This document shows, piece by piece, positions 9,823 to 22,299 of a stretch of 35,290 nt of DNA (positions within the stretch are counted from its first letter, which is position 1; every line of letters begins with the position of its first letter). Location of the stretch: contig NC_068982.1 of NCBI RefSeq assembly GCF_001194135.2, positions 180,885,315 to 180,920,604 on the forward strand, given 5' to 3'. Source of the DNA: Octopus bimaculoides. Lineage: Eukaryota. Below the pieces are notes generated by a model. The model saw only the letters and a program-made list of their open reading frames with translations, was not told the DNA's origin and searched no databases. The position numbers were made by a program, and so were the translations under genes.

Positions 9823-12800
9823 CTGTGATTGAAGAAGGAATGAAATGCATATATATATAAATAAATGAGAACTTTTGAGTGTTAGAACTAATATGTTTAT
9901 CTGATGAACAAGGTATGCAGTATTCGAAAAATAATATAGCTAGTAGGCTCGACAGACTGGATCTAATGTTTAGAACCCAAGTTTGTTTCTGTGGAAAAGT
10001 ATCGCGCCAAATAATATTATGTCAACGATGAAAGATAAGAACTGAAAGATATTAAGAGGGGTGGCCCCTAAAATTACTGAACATCTGGAAGAGATAATGT
10101 CAGTGAAACATTTATAGATGGAACTGTGATACAGATGTTTTGAGTGTGTCAGTGTCAGTGTTAAAGCTATTTCCGATGTATTTGATTACTATGGGGTAGT
10201 TAATGGGCTGTCATTTAATAGCATTACCAGTTCATTTGGTGTCTTCAGAGAATGTATTTTGTGTGAAATCCTGAAATTAAAATATTCACCAGAAGAGAAA
10301 GAAAATGTAGGAAATATTTGATAATATTGATGATCGTTATGAAAACATATATATTAAAACCTCTACATCATTGAATCACCAGAGAAGATATGAGAAAGGT
10401 AAATCTTGTGACATACAATGGAGTATATCGCACGAAAATTACTTACTATTGTTCACACGGTAAAATCTCTCATGAGATCCAATAGTTTTTAATTCATCAG
10501 TAGCTGGCAGAATGATGTTGTTAACAGCCATCGGTTAGTATGCAAAATGGGAAAGTTTGATAAAATTCCGGCTTGTCTTGAATGTTTTGGAGAGATCGTA
10601 GGCGAAATAAGACGAGGGAAATATTCCGCATGGTTATTAATTTTAGGGAGCAACGGCTTCTTAAAAGACTAACAGTAGAACATCCCGAGAATATTTCACT
10701 GCAAAGTAAACTATGAAGTTGAATATAATATTGAATAACGAGAAGGCGATATCTGCAGTCCACGACATTTCAACTCTTAGCGATATGATATGCTTGGGTT
10801 TCTGCTTTTGAAAAACACTAAAGATTTTGCATAAGTATTTGTGTAATGCTTTCCAAGTTAGTTTTCTGATTAAGACCACGAGTGTCTGCATACTTTTATA
10901 AGAAATTGAGAGTCAGAAACACTTTTCTGTTTCTAAGGAAGTATTTATAAAATATGTATATTTATTTTCATGTACGCCTTGATTTACTTTCACGTGTCAT
11001 TTAGTTTGTATTACTTTATATAATATTGAATAACATCTCTGAATTCGACGGAATTCTATACTCCATTCAACTTCATGGAGAATTTTAAGTGATATATGCA
11101 CCAATATTATTCTCGCGATATCAGAGGAATATTTATTTCTGTCTTATACACGTACGTATTACAAGCACACACACGTAAACACACATATATTCATACTCAT
11201 ACAGAATTTCCTATGGAAATCTATTCTGTTTCTTAGGTAAGTTTATTAGTCAGATATTAACTTATGTATGTGAGTTCAATACAATCCCGCCTTAACGTAT
11301 GATTTAAACAACTCAGTAATATTTATGATACAACATAAAAATAAACACTCTTATCTCCTGCTACTCCAATCTTAATAGAAATCTTTCCAGGCTCGCTAAC
11401 GTCGCTGAGGCTTGAACATATATTGATTTGGAACAATATAGATCATAGAAAAATATGTTTATCTCGAACAAATGTCAAATAAGAAAAAATACTGAGAATA
11501 TTAGAGAAGAGAGATTAGCGGGCGTTTGCAGCTTTCAAATGCATTTATGACATAAGTGAAAAGAAATTGCTTGTCACAAAGAAGGATTCCATGTCAAGAA
11601 GTCAGCTTATTTGGCCGTTGAAAAACAATATAAAACATATGGCTTATGCATGACATATTGAGAGATTAGCATAAGTCTTTGTGGTATGAACAATAACGAC
11701 AGTATCTCACCAACATTCACACAATGTTAATACAAATGAAGTTGAAGCAGCAATAGCTGTAAAGGCAGCAACAATTTTCTAGGCATGTGCAATTTGAAAA
11801 CGTCAAATAAAAAATAACCGAACACCTTTATGATCCAAGCAATCTATAACCTTTGGGATGTAGCTAAAAGATAGGATAAGTTTTCAATTGAGGAAAATTT
11901 CCTCATATATCTCAATATTTTCCAAATGGATAAAGTGGCACGATGACGCAGTTCTTCTGTGATTAACCATTTATCATCCTTTTCCGTTATGTATATTACA
12001 TAAACGACGCATTTTCATTGAATAACACCCGTTTGTGTTTGAATTGATAGAAAGAATACTTTAAGTGTTCTCCCCGCTTCCCACTAAACTACCCTTTGGC
12101 ATTCGAATAAATCAGTGTAAATAGTAATATGAATCTTATTATTATTCCAACATTTCGCAGCAAAGTATGCTATGGTCAAATAATTACTGCAAAATTGCAT
12201 ACAAGTACCATTCACTTAAACGTGCGCTCATATTAAACAGTATATACTACAGGAATACAGATATAAAACATATATGCACTTTAATATGCACGTATTTAAA
12301 GTATGTACATATATACGTATATACATATTTACATTCACATACTACACATATGTACATATATATGTATATGTAAATTTGACCCAGTATAATTTTAAACATC
12401 TAGTTTACAATATATACAATTGTAATCATCCTTAAATCAAGAGACATTTAATGTCTAAAAGAATTCGAACATATATGCAGTTCTTCCAAATATACATGTA
12501 TGTACACAAAAATAATGGATCCATACATATATACATAAGTAAATGAGCACTTAAATTCATACAAACATGTGTGTCTGTGTCTCAGTACGTTTATATGTAT
12601 ACGTGTGTAATACATGTTTATACGTGTTTATATTGTAAGGAAACGCAACTATAAATATATTTGTCATAATACCCATTACGGCTTTTCATGTCTTCAAATG
12701 CTTCACATTTAATAAATAGAATAGATACAATGTTGTGATATCAGTCTTATCGAAATAAAGACGTTCGAGGATGGGGAGGGGAACATATTAGGTGAATAAA

Positions 12801-13729
12801 TGAAAGAACTACAAGTGGGTATCGGTATTCTGTTATAGAATCATTTAACCAAGAGCAATTTTACTTGCTACGTACACACCGATACACACGCATACATTCG
12901 AGCATTTGGTTGCACACATATATCTACACACACGAGCGGACAGATATAAATACATTCAACGTATCTATGTGTTCAGCACAAGAGCGTAGACATATAAAGG
13001 TATCTATGTGTACATAGTAATTCAGAGGCATATATACGAAAATCTTCGTACTTACATGCATGTGTTTACATCCAGCCATCCATTTCAGAAATTTGTTATA
13101 TAATAAGGACATATATTAGCATGTAGACATAAAAACAGATGTATGTGTAGTTAGTTATAAGTTAAAACATGCTTATACAGGTATACACATATATCCATAG
13201 TTGAAAATACGTATACTTCCTCATATAAATCTGTAGAAACATTCAAAATTATGTGAATAAATACATCCAAACCTCTCTGCTTAACTTCATACATATTACG
13301 GTCATGTTACTATATTCTAATAACAAAAAGTGCTTCTGTATTAGAAACTAGCTTTTATCCATTAGTAAGGAATGCAGAAAGTGAAACCAGAGGTACATGC
13401 GTACGTATATGAATGCATATAGGAACATTCTGCAGGGCTGGTCATTATAGATATTTCTTCTTTTATTAGAGCAGTTGTATTACGTTCTAAGAAAAGCGGT
13501 GTTCATTGCAATGGATACCGTAACTCCTGAAACATTTCGTACCTTTCCTTTGTACATGGCCATACGTACGGATTTTGTTGTGATGATTAGAACGTTTGAG
13601 CATACAATAGTAGTATCTCAACATGTGTTTGTAATGGTGGATGGCTGTTGTTAGTACGCTGATCTTGCTATATAACTGCACAAATAACTGTTTTATATGA
13701 GTACATATATATATACAAAAATACGTATA

Positions 13730-13820
13730 TATATATATATATGTGTGTATGTGTGTGTGTTGTGTATGTGTGTGTGTGTGTGTTGTGTATGTGTGTGTGT
13801 TGTGTATGTGTGTGTGTGCT
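13730..13820. repeat. (TA)n/(TG)n microsatellite
   Basis: Read directly from the sequence. Confidence 0.95.
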
Positions 13821-14057
13821 TAACATATCGTTTAATGAAACATTAAATATTATCTTAAATTGAAGATTAGTATTTAATGCAGAAATTGAACAGTATTTTA
13901 AATTCTTTAAAAAGAGGACACACAATCAAGATGGGCCTCTGAAAGAAATTTCACCACAGCCGTTTAGATAACTGCTCCTAAATATGGTCACCAGAGTGTA
14001 AAATTAAGAACGGAACGCGAAGCAATCTAGCGAAACTGCACAAAAAGTATCATCTCG

Positions 14058-14550
14058 ATGCGACATGTCAGCGACTGGGAGGAAATGAAAATGTTAAGAT
14101 TCTGCTCGCTAGGACAAAGGCGGAAAAGCTATGCAGTGATATACATCTGGAAAATCCTTGAAGTACTTGGCATTGAAAGTTACACAAACAGGAGAACGGT
14201 GCGCCACTGCATAGTGCCAAAATCCCAACATTGCCACCAGGATACAGAATCAGACACCTCAACAGCTCGGGTTTCAATGGCCCAAACCTCTTCAATATCC
14301 TCCGCAAAGGACTAAGAGACCGACATAGGGTGGATGTAGGTGTTTCTAAGACAAAACTGGACCTCATCCTGTCCAAATGTTCCGGATGAATCTTCCGCAC
14401 AGCAAGAAAAGCAGATGAAAGCAGCAACATGAAACTTGCCCGTTCACCGAATGACACATATCAAGGGATGTTTCAAGTAGTGAAAGTGTAGCGAAGTTAA
14501 TGGCGGCGCTCCGGCGTGACCATAGCTCTCGAAGTGAAACTAGTAATGAA
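14058..14550 (+). mobile_element. CR1-like LINE 3' end (5'-truncated)
   Basis: HVSDWEEMKMLRFCSLGQRRKSYAVIYIWKILE...GIESYTN...HCIVPK matches the YWERL/YSLERRRERY.IIY.WKIL motif. It ends in the GGCGGCGCTCCGGCGTG...TGAAACTAG tail. Same lineage as 1945-3990. Confidence 0.9.
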
Positions 14551-14616
14551 AATCGTTGAAGAAAAATATTGAAGAGTTGCAATGAACTATTAAATTGTTG
14601 ATATACATATATATAT

Positions 14617-14907
14617 NNNNNNNNNNNNNNNNNNNNNNNNNNNNNNNNNNNNNNNNNNNNNNNNNNNNNNNNNNNNNNNNNNNNNNNNNNNNNNNNNNNN
14701 NNNNNNNNNNNNNNNNNNNNNNNNNNNNNNNNNNNNNNNNNNNNNNNNNNNNNNNNNNNNNNNNNNNNNNNNNNNNNNNNNNNNNNNNNNNNNNNNNNNN
14801 NNNNNNNNNNNNNNNNNNNNNNNNNNNNNNNNNNNNNNNNNNNNNNNNNNNNNNNNNNNNNNNNNNNNNNNNNNNNNNNNNNNNNNNNNNNNNNNNNNNN
14901 NNNNNNN
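14617..14907. other. assembly gap (291 N)
   Basis: N run. Confidence 1.
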
Positions 14908-15245
14908 TACATACATGGTGGTTGTCTACTCCTTAAACAGAGTTTGACCACCTCCTGCACCTACACCTTAGCCCTTTCATGGCGTCTGATGTGGCTTTTT
15001 AAACCAGACAGTGTTTTGAAAAAACACCCACACAGATTGCACCTCTGATTTGCACTACCAATACCTGCAAGTAAGTTCTGCTCATTGTGGATCCTAACAT
15101 CTCTTTTAAGACCCCCATTGGATTTGCAAACCCTCTGGCACACACCACATTCAAACGTGTGCACAGACATATAATCAGAATAGCTGGATGAGGTTTGTTT
15201 TCCATGGGTTCGCAGGTGAGATTTGAGGCCAGCCAAGGACATACA
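14908..15245 (-). mobile_element. probable RTE-type LINE 3' end with C-terminal C2H2 motifs
   Basis: The frame reads ...LAGLKSHLRTH...CGVCQRVCKSNGGLKRDVRIH...CNLCGCFFKTLSGLKSHIRRH, then a stop, a short UTR of about 50 nt and a simple-repeat tail. There are no TGEKP linkers. Confidence 0.6.
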
Positions 15246-15728
15246 TACATACATATATGGATGATGTAAACGTATTTCATATTGAATAATTTATGTGTAT
15301 ATTATAAATTTAGTCAATTCCCCTTTAGATTCCGCACTGAGAATATGGATGACGTCGATGTTGCTGTAACTTACAATGAGATGTAAAGAGTTCTTCTTCT
15401 TACTTCCGATCAGAGTTGCACTCCTTGTTGTGGCACTAACTGCTTAATAACGTAATTATCAATCTCTCAGTAGGTAATGATATAGCTTACCGCTGGTGGT
15501 ACAACTGAACTATGGAAGAATAGAAAAAAACAATCATGTCTGTAATATACACATACGAGGAATAACTCCTTGATACGGATTTTCTACATAATGACTAAAA
15601 GCCAAATATAATTTTACGTTTCTCATATATCTTTTATCTTATCTTATATCATTCACGCTAATTATTATAATTTAACTTCCATAGCTATCAAAATTGTGAA
15701 ACTAGAATGGTGTTTGTATTTCTATATA

Positions 15729-16629
15729 CGAGGTGTACCCAAAAGAATCCGGAATTTTGCAATATTATTTTATTGACCTAGTTTTACATGTTTCCACTTT
15801 TATCGCCTTCAAAGTATTCTCCATTTGAAGCAATTCATCAGTCCAGGGATGTTTTCCACTCTTCGAAGCAGTGCTGGAAAAACTCTTGCGAAGTGATGTC
15901 TTTTAACGTCCCCGTCGTTGTTTACTTCACTCTTCCACATCTACAAATTCCGTGCCGTCAGCTTTAATCCCCAGTGATGAACTTCGAGAAAAGACCCGGA
16001 TCAACTTCCAACTGTTCTCTCAGTTCACGATCCGCATTCGGTCATGACTTGTTTTGATCTTCTGTGAGAAAGTGAGGCACAGATTTTTCTGAAACACTTT
16101 TCATTCGCAATTCCTCGTTCAAAATAAAATTCGTTGCCAGGAGATCCAGGATACACCAGCCATATCAATAAGTTCATCAATTATTTGGTGATGGTCTTAC
16201 AAGAGCAGTTCATGAATTTTCATGATGTTTTCCTTCGTTCCGGGGTCAACTTTCGACCCGAACGAGGCTCATTTCGACAGGTTACCGTTCCTAAAGCGTG
16301 GAAACCACTCGTAATCTTGTATTTTGCTCATGAAAGCGTCATTGTAAGCTGTTTGAAGCATATCAACTGTTTAGGCTGCCGTTTTCCCCAGCAGAAAAGT
16401 TTCACGGAAAGCACGCTATTCCTTCGTTTCAGCCTCTGCAAACATCGACGAACAGGGGAGAAACACCGGAAAACAAAGACTTACCACGAGGCTGTACGAC
16501 TTAGCAGACAATGACGGTAGGAAGTCTAATGCCTCAGGGTCGTATTAAGTGACTTCTAGCGGCAAAATCCTGAAATACAACGGACTTGCCCCACAGAGAA
16601 CGTTTCCGGTTACTTATGGGTATCCCTCG
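15729..16629 (-). mobile_element. mariner (Tc1/mariner) DNA transposon, internally deleted, 901 bp
   Basis: TA at 15727-15728 and 16630-16631. The 26-bp TIRs CGAGGTGTACCCAAAAGAATCCGGAA and CGAGGGATACCCATAAGTAACCGGAA match at 21/26. Transposase relics: LLGKTAA*TVDMLQTAY...YEWFPRFRNG, PRSGR, FSKFITGD and CFEEWK...GEYFEGD. Confidence 0.95.
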
Positions 16630-18792
16630 TACAATGCTGATTTACGAAATAGTCCGCCAATATATCAACTTTTTTTTTCTATATAGAACATTGAAATAAA
16701 ATACTCATTACGTATATTTTATCTAATTGATCCAGTTAATTAATAGACGTGTATTTCAATTTCATATGCTATTGTTAATCAATTATACTTCAATTTACAA
16801 AATTAATTTTCAAATTCAACAGTTTTGTAACATCAGCAAAATATCAGTTTTCAAATTTGACACTATTTTAACAATATTAATGGAACATAATTTCGTGACT
16901 AAAACACCATTCATATATTTCAATAATTAGAATAAAAATAGAAATATTCTAATACATCTTTTCTTCAAAGATTTAGCCATAATAATAATTGTAACTTTTA
17001 CAGGTCATTCTATTTTGGCTAAGTTGACATGGTAAAACATGTACTCGTGCATGCTAAACATCGTAGGGAATATTTTGGTAAGGAGATTGCTCTATGTTGT
17101 TTGAAGTGTTGCCCAGGAAAAAATGTGGATGCATCCAGGTTAAAAAAGTCAGCCTACTTTATATTTAGCACGTCAATATAATCGGAGATTACCACCTAAA
17201 TTTACTATTCCTTGTAAGTAGAAAATTTTGAAATTGCGATAGAAATTTGTTTGTAGAACTAAGTATACATTAAAGCTGCAACCAGAATTTATTCTAGGTC
17301 ATCACGCAGAAATTAATCTAATATAAGTGAATCGGCAATTTGTTGATCTGTTGGTATATTAATTAACCTATAAATATGCACATTCATTTCCGAGAATATT
17401 CTACCTGATATGTTCGCACCCAAGATGACAAAACAGTCCATGAAACCCATGCTCTTATAGAAACTCAATATTCACAAAAACAACCTTGAGTTTCATGAAG
17501 ATTCAGGTGAGAAGAGTCTCCATAATATTTGTGAGAAGCGATAATACAAGCATGGTGTTCTACACAAAATATACGATTTTTTGAAAATAATGTTCTCAGC
17601 TTTGTGTTATCAAAATGCCAACCGGATCATAGATCTGCAGAAAGTTCAACCACGATTTTTCTACAATATGTTTATTATTTAATAAATGGACACTTCTGTT
17701 TAAATATAAGCGCATATACTGAAGTGGTTAATGCTTATAGGCAACTTGTGGCGAAACGTATATTTGAAATAAATATGTAAAATAATCTATACATAGAACA
17801 ACACATTTTAAATACTAAATATTCTGTCAAAGCACTTTTTTCCCTATTGAAAACAGAACAAAATTTCACAATTTTCAGCTCAACAAAACATAAAAAAAGT
17901 TCAAAATACTGAGGTAGGTGACGAATATCATCCAGCAACAATTAGTGAAAATACAAGATGTGCATCTTTGCCTTGCTCTTTGACATATAAATCTCAGTCA
18001 ATCACACGTTAAGAGGACATCCGTCGTTACTGATAGAGGAAAACAGTGACTGAGTGATCACTGATGTGGTAATTCGCTGCGCGGTTGAATAAATCTCCGT
18101 TATAAGCAACAGGAGCAATATGGGATACAAGTAGCCAATTACGTATCATGCTTAATGGAAATACCTTGCAAAAATGCAAACTCAGTATGGTATTGGTCCG
18201 GGGAAAGTATATGTTACGAATGTACTCTTTACAAAACACTATCTGTTTTGGTAGCATGAAAAAACGTATAGCGTCAGCAAATGAGAATATACGTAGCATT
18301 TGCAGAAGTCCACGTACATGGACAGTACAGAGACATTCATATATACACAATTACTTAGAAATATTTCGATCACTGAACGGACAATGTAGTGAATATTTGA
18401 AGTAGCACAAACTAATTAGTATTTATTTTCTGTTCTTTACAACTATTTCATTAGTAACAACAATCAACAGATTCTACAACATTTAACTCGAACAAATATT
18501 TCATTTCATATTTCAAATACCGTATAGTTTTCATGACATAACTTTTAATAAATGAATACTTTCTTATGTAAATTAATATTAATGTTTAGGCAGCACCGAA
18601 TTGTCTAATGAGTTTTATTCTAATTGATGATTTCTTTCCTGGTTATTTAAATCTAATTTAGCAGAAGAATTTTTGATATTCTAATAAGTCATTGACTATA
18701 ACTTATGAAGAAATAGCCAGACTTCCTGGAATAGTTATAATTTTCATTTTTCATAATATTTATTCTTTGTTCATTGTTTCTGTACGTGCTAA

Positions 18793-19011
18793 GGACGGCG
18801 AGCTGACAGAATCGTTAGCACTCCAGGCGAAATGCTTAGCGGTATTTCGTCTGCCGTTAGGTTCTTAGTACAAATTCCGCCGAGGTTGACTTTGCTTTTC
18901 ATCCTTTCGCAGTCGATAAAATTAGTACCAGTTACGCACTGAGGTCGATGTAATCGACTTAAGCCCTTTCCCCAAATTTGAGGCCTTGTGCTTTCACTAG
19001 AAAAGATTATT
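18793..19011 (+). mobile_element. SINE family A (tail type 1), full length
   Basis: Head GGACGGCGAGCTGACAGAATCGTTAGC, tail CTAGAAAAGATTATT. Probable 14-bp TSD at 18777-18790 and 19010-19023 (12/14). Confidence 0.9.
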
Positions 19012-21234
19012 TATGTACGTGTTGGGCTACAATATTATTTTCATCTTCTGAATGAAGAGCTAATATTATACATTCTCTTACGAGATGATATAACTCTGTT
19101 TATGTTAATACAAATGTGTTGCTTTGAGAATTTTGATTATAACAGGTAACAAAATGATTACATTTCTACAAATAATTACATATAGTATATTAATTGTTTA
19201 TCATTACTGTAAGGTGGGGAGTAAGGTTTAGTTAACATAGATGATCTTAGAAGATCTAGTGCAAACCTGTTTAGTAAACGATATTACTACAAATGTGATC
19301 TGGCATAATCTTCATTGTTCATTTCTGACTTTAAATCTTGTCTTTTTAAAGTTATTAGAAATTAAAAGTGTATAGAAGATACAAGCAGATGTATTTTATT
19401 GATTAACAACGTAAAGATTTCCAATTACACAATGTTGTTGGCTAGAAAAATATTTTCGATAATAGTTTAAAGTTAACTGAAAGATAGATAGTGAAAGTTG
19501 ATCACATTAATGAGCTTTACAAAACAGATAACGAAGATTGAACATGTGGTGTGACGGTGTGTGAAGGTAGAAACGAATTTAACGCATACGGACAACGACG
19601 ATGACAACCATGTTGATGAAGGTGACGATGACGATGACCATGATTATGATAATAAGTAAAAATAAATAATCTGGACTTGCTTTCAGTGATAGCTGTGTTA
19701 TGTGAAATATTTAATACCAAATTTAACATCCTGCTTCATTATGTTAAAGTAGACAGTGCTATTGTTCATTTGAATCCGAACAATAAATAAATATTATCGG
19801 TTTAGTTTTGGGAAACAACTGACTCTTGATGGTCAAACACGACGAAGCTTTAAGTTCAAATGAAATCATTAGAAAGGTAAATCAAAGTACCAACAACGTT
19901 TGTGAAACACCAATATCAAGATTTCAAAGGTGCATAACCTTACATGTTACAACCACTGACGAACTTAACATCATCGTCTTTGTTACCAATATAATCATGA
20001 CAGTCATGTCCAGAATTATTAATCCTTCAAATGTAGGAGCTAATTTTCTTGTCAGATTGGTTCGACATGTCTGTGATAGTGTGGTTGTGTCATGTTCACA
20101 CATGTTTATCGTCTGCTTACTCCCAATCCGTGTCCGCATCGACATCTTGGTATATTGTTCGATTGACATAGGTGGAAACTCAATCATCAACCGACATGTC
20201 CTCCAGTGAACACCGTTTCAAACTTGATCTGTCCCATCCTTCCCACGTGAATGCTAGTTATATTGGGCTGTCTTGTTTTAATATGATTTACTTGATTCTT
20301 CGGATTTTTGTTTGGCATTTTATCAGTCACATCTAGTCTTTTGCATTTGCATGGACGACCTTCTTCAAATTCTCTGGCTTCGGTTCCTACATCGAACTTA
20401 GGCACTCAGTTTTAGTTATCTTGTCATTTACTTTGTAATTCTAGTACATTTGCTAAATGTTATAGTGGTTATTTCGTTGTGTTTGTTAATTGATAAAATT
20501 CCTAACTATTAAGCTTCGCAAATATTTTCAACGTGATCATATAAAGGTAGCTGTTTATATTATAACCGTAACACGTTTAACAGATGGTGGTTTCTTTGAA
20601 GACATTAGCTAATGGAGTCAGGTCGCGGCAAATCATTGGGTATATAATGCAATTCTTTGGGAGATTCATCTCCGTCTGTTTATTTTCGATTTCTATTGAC
20701 ATTAGTAAGTATTTTCATAGGTAGGACTGATGTATATTTTTAGAATTGAGCGTAATTTAATCATGCAATTTAAGTCAAGTTTTCAGGAGAGTGAAATATA
20801 CGTTTTGATAAATAATCTAAGCTATGCTAAGGCTGTGTTCTATAATCATTCAGTCCATCAGTAGCTAACTTTTACAAAAGTCATATACCTCTTTCCTGTA
20901 CCCTCTACGTTTCTCTTGTAATATATTATTTACCTCCTCATCAGTAAGCAGCTAGTTATGGATCTAGGGACATTCCATGTTATTTGAAAGAAGAGTATAA
21001 TCATTGGAAATTATGGAAAACAAAATATAAACGCATGAAAACAGAAGAATAATAAAGAAAAATCTAAGCGTTAGGAATGTTGTCTATCAACGTTTTAATG
21101 TAGGTGAGAAGGTTATCAGAGATCATAAGAGGCTGAAACCTAGCATTTACTGCGAATATGTGGCGGTTAGCAGCTGTTTCTTTGTACTGTGATAGGAATA
21201 TAATGAATGTCAACTAAGATTATGATACCGAACA

Positions 21235-21408
21235 AGGCGTTGAGCTGGTAGAATCATTAGCACGCCGGATAAAATTCTAAGTGGCATAACATCCGTTCAC
21301 ACATTCTGAGTTCAAATTCCAACGAGGAAGGGTCATTTTTTACTCTTTTGGTATAGATAAAATAAGTACCAGAACTTGCGGGATTTGAGCCTAAATTTGA
21401 AACCAATA
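21235..21408 (+). mobile_element. SINE family A, decayed, tail type 2
   Basis: AAGGCGTTGAGCTGGTAGAATCATTAGCACGCCGG...TTCTGAGTTCAAATTCC...ATAAGTACCAG...AAATTTGAAACCAAT. Confidence 0.6.
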
Positions 21409-21730
21409 TGTATAGATAAATGCGTTCTAATAAGTGAGACTTCTATATATTAAATTCCTATTGCGTATATTTAATATGCGTCGTACACACACTTTCATAT
21501 ACGTAATGCAAAATACTAAATATTGTTTTTCTCCACGAACATCCCCACCTTATTCAGAATGAGATTCTTCATCCGATTACAATATCTGGGATTTTTGTCC
21601 GTGTCACGTGGTTAACACATTTATAATACGTCATATGATATGTCCTTCATTTAATTACACTCAGCACCGTTGAATTCAATAAAATTTTACTTCTATTTCT
21701 AGTGTATCAATCGGCAACTACATTTGGGTC

Positions 21731-21947
21731 ATATTCTTTTCTACTCTAGAAACAAGACCCGAAATTGTTTGGGAGGGCGCTGTTGATTAGATCGACCCAC
21801 AGTATCCAACTGGTACTTAATTTATTGATCTCGACAGGATGAAAGGCAAAGTAGACGTCGGCGAAATTTGAAATCAGAACGTAGAGATAGACGAAATACT
21901 GCTAAGCATTTCACCCGGCCTGCTAAAGTTTCTGCCAGCTCACCGCT
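21731..21947 (-). mobile_element. SINE family A (tail type 1), full length
   Basis: Colinear with the other copies from TATTCTTTTCTACTCTAG to TCTGCCAGCTCACCGC. Confidence 0.9.
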
Positions 21948-21951
21948 GGAA

Positions 21952-22030
21952 TATTGGAGCTGCTGTCAGCCTCGAGGTGATTCAGAAGACTGCATTATTG
22001 GGTACAGCTCGCATTCTAAGGTGAGTTTCG
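21952..22030 (+). mobile_element. R4/Dong-clade LINE, extreme C-terminus
   Basis: IGAAVSLEVIQKTALLGTARILR is the conserved LQK.ALLGTA.ILR end of the RLE ORF. Confidence 0.7.
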
Positions 22031-22299
22031 TCTCTTGAGTCACAGAAGAAGCCACTACTCGACACTTTTGGTGATTTGTTATTGCATGTTTTCAAGTAAA
22101 GAATAGCCTATATTGGCCCATATTGAATTCTATATGGGACTGCGTCTAAGGATGTATCGTGGTTCACCATTTGCTTCTCATTTTAGATATGAGGTCAAAA
22201 ATTATGCTGATGGTTTGACTTCTTCCCAAACCACAAGCATGAAAGCCCTCATTGCCAGGATATTATCTTAATAATGGTGTTTCATGCACACTTTCTTGA

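Noticed and set aside
9900-10900. LRR-like plus-strand peptides such as GLSFNSITSSFGVF
   Set aside because: They need repeated frame changes and are expected from AT-rich DNA.
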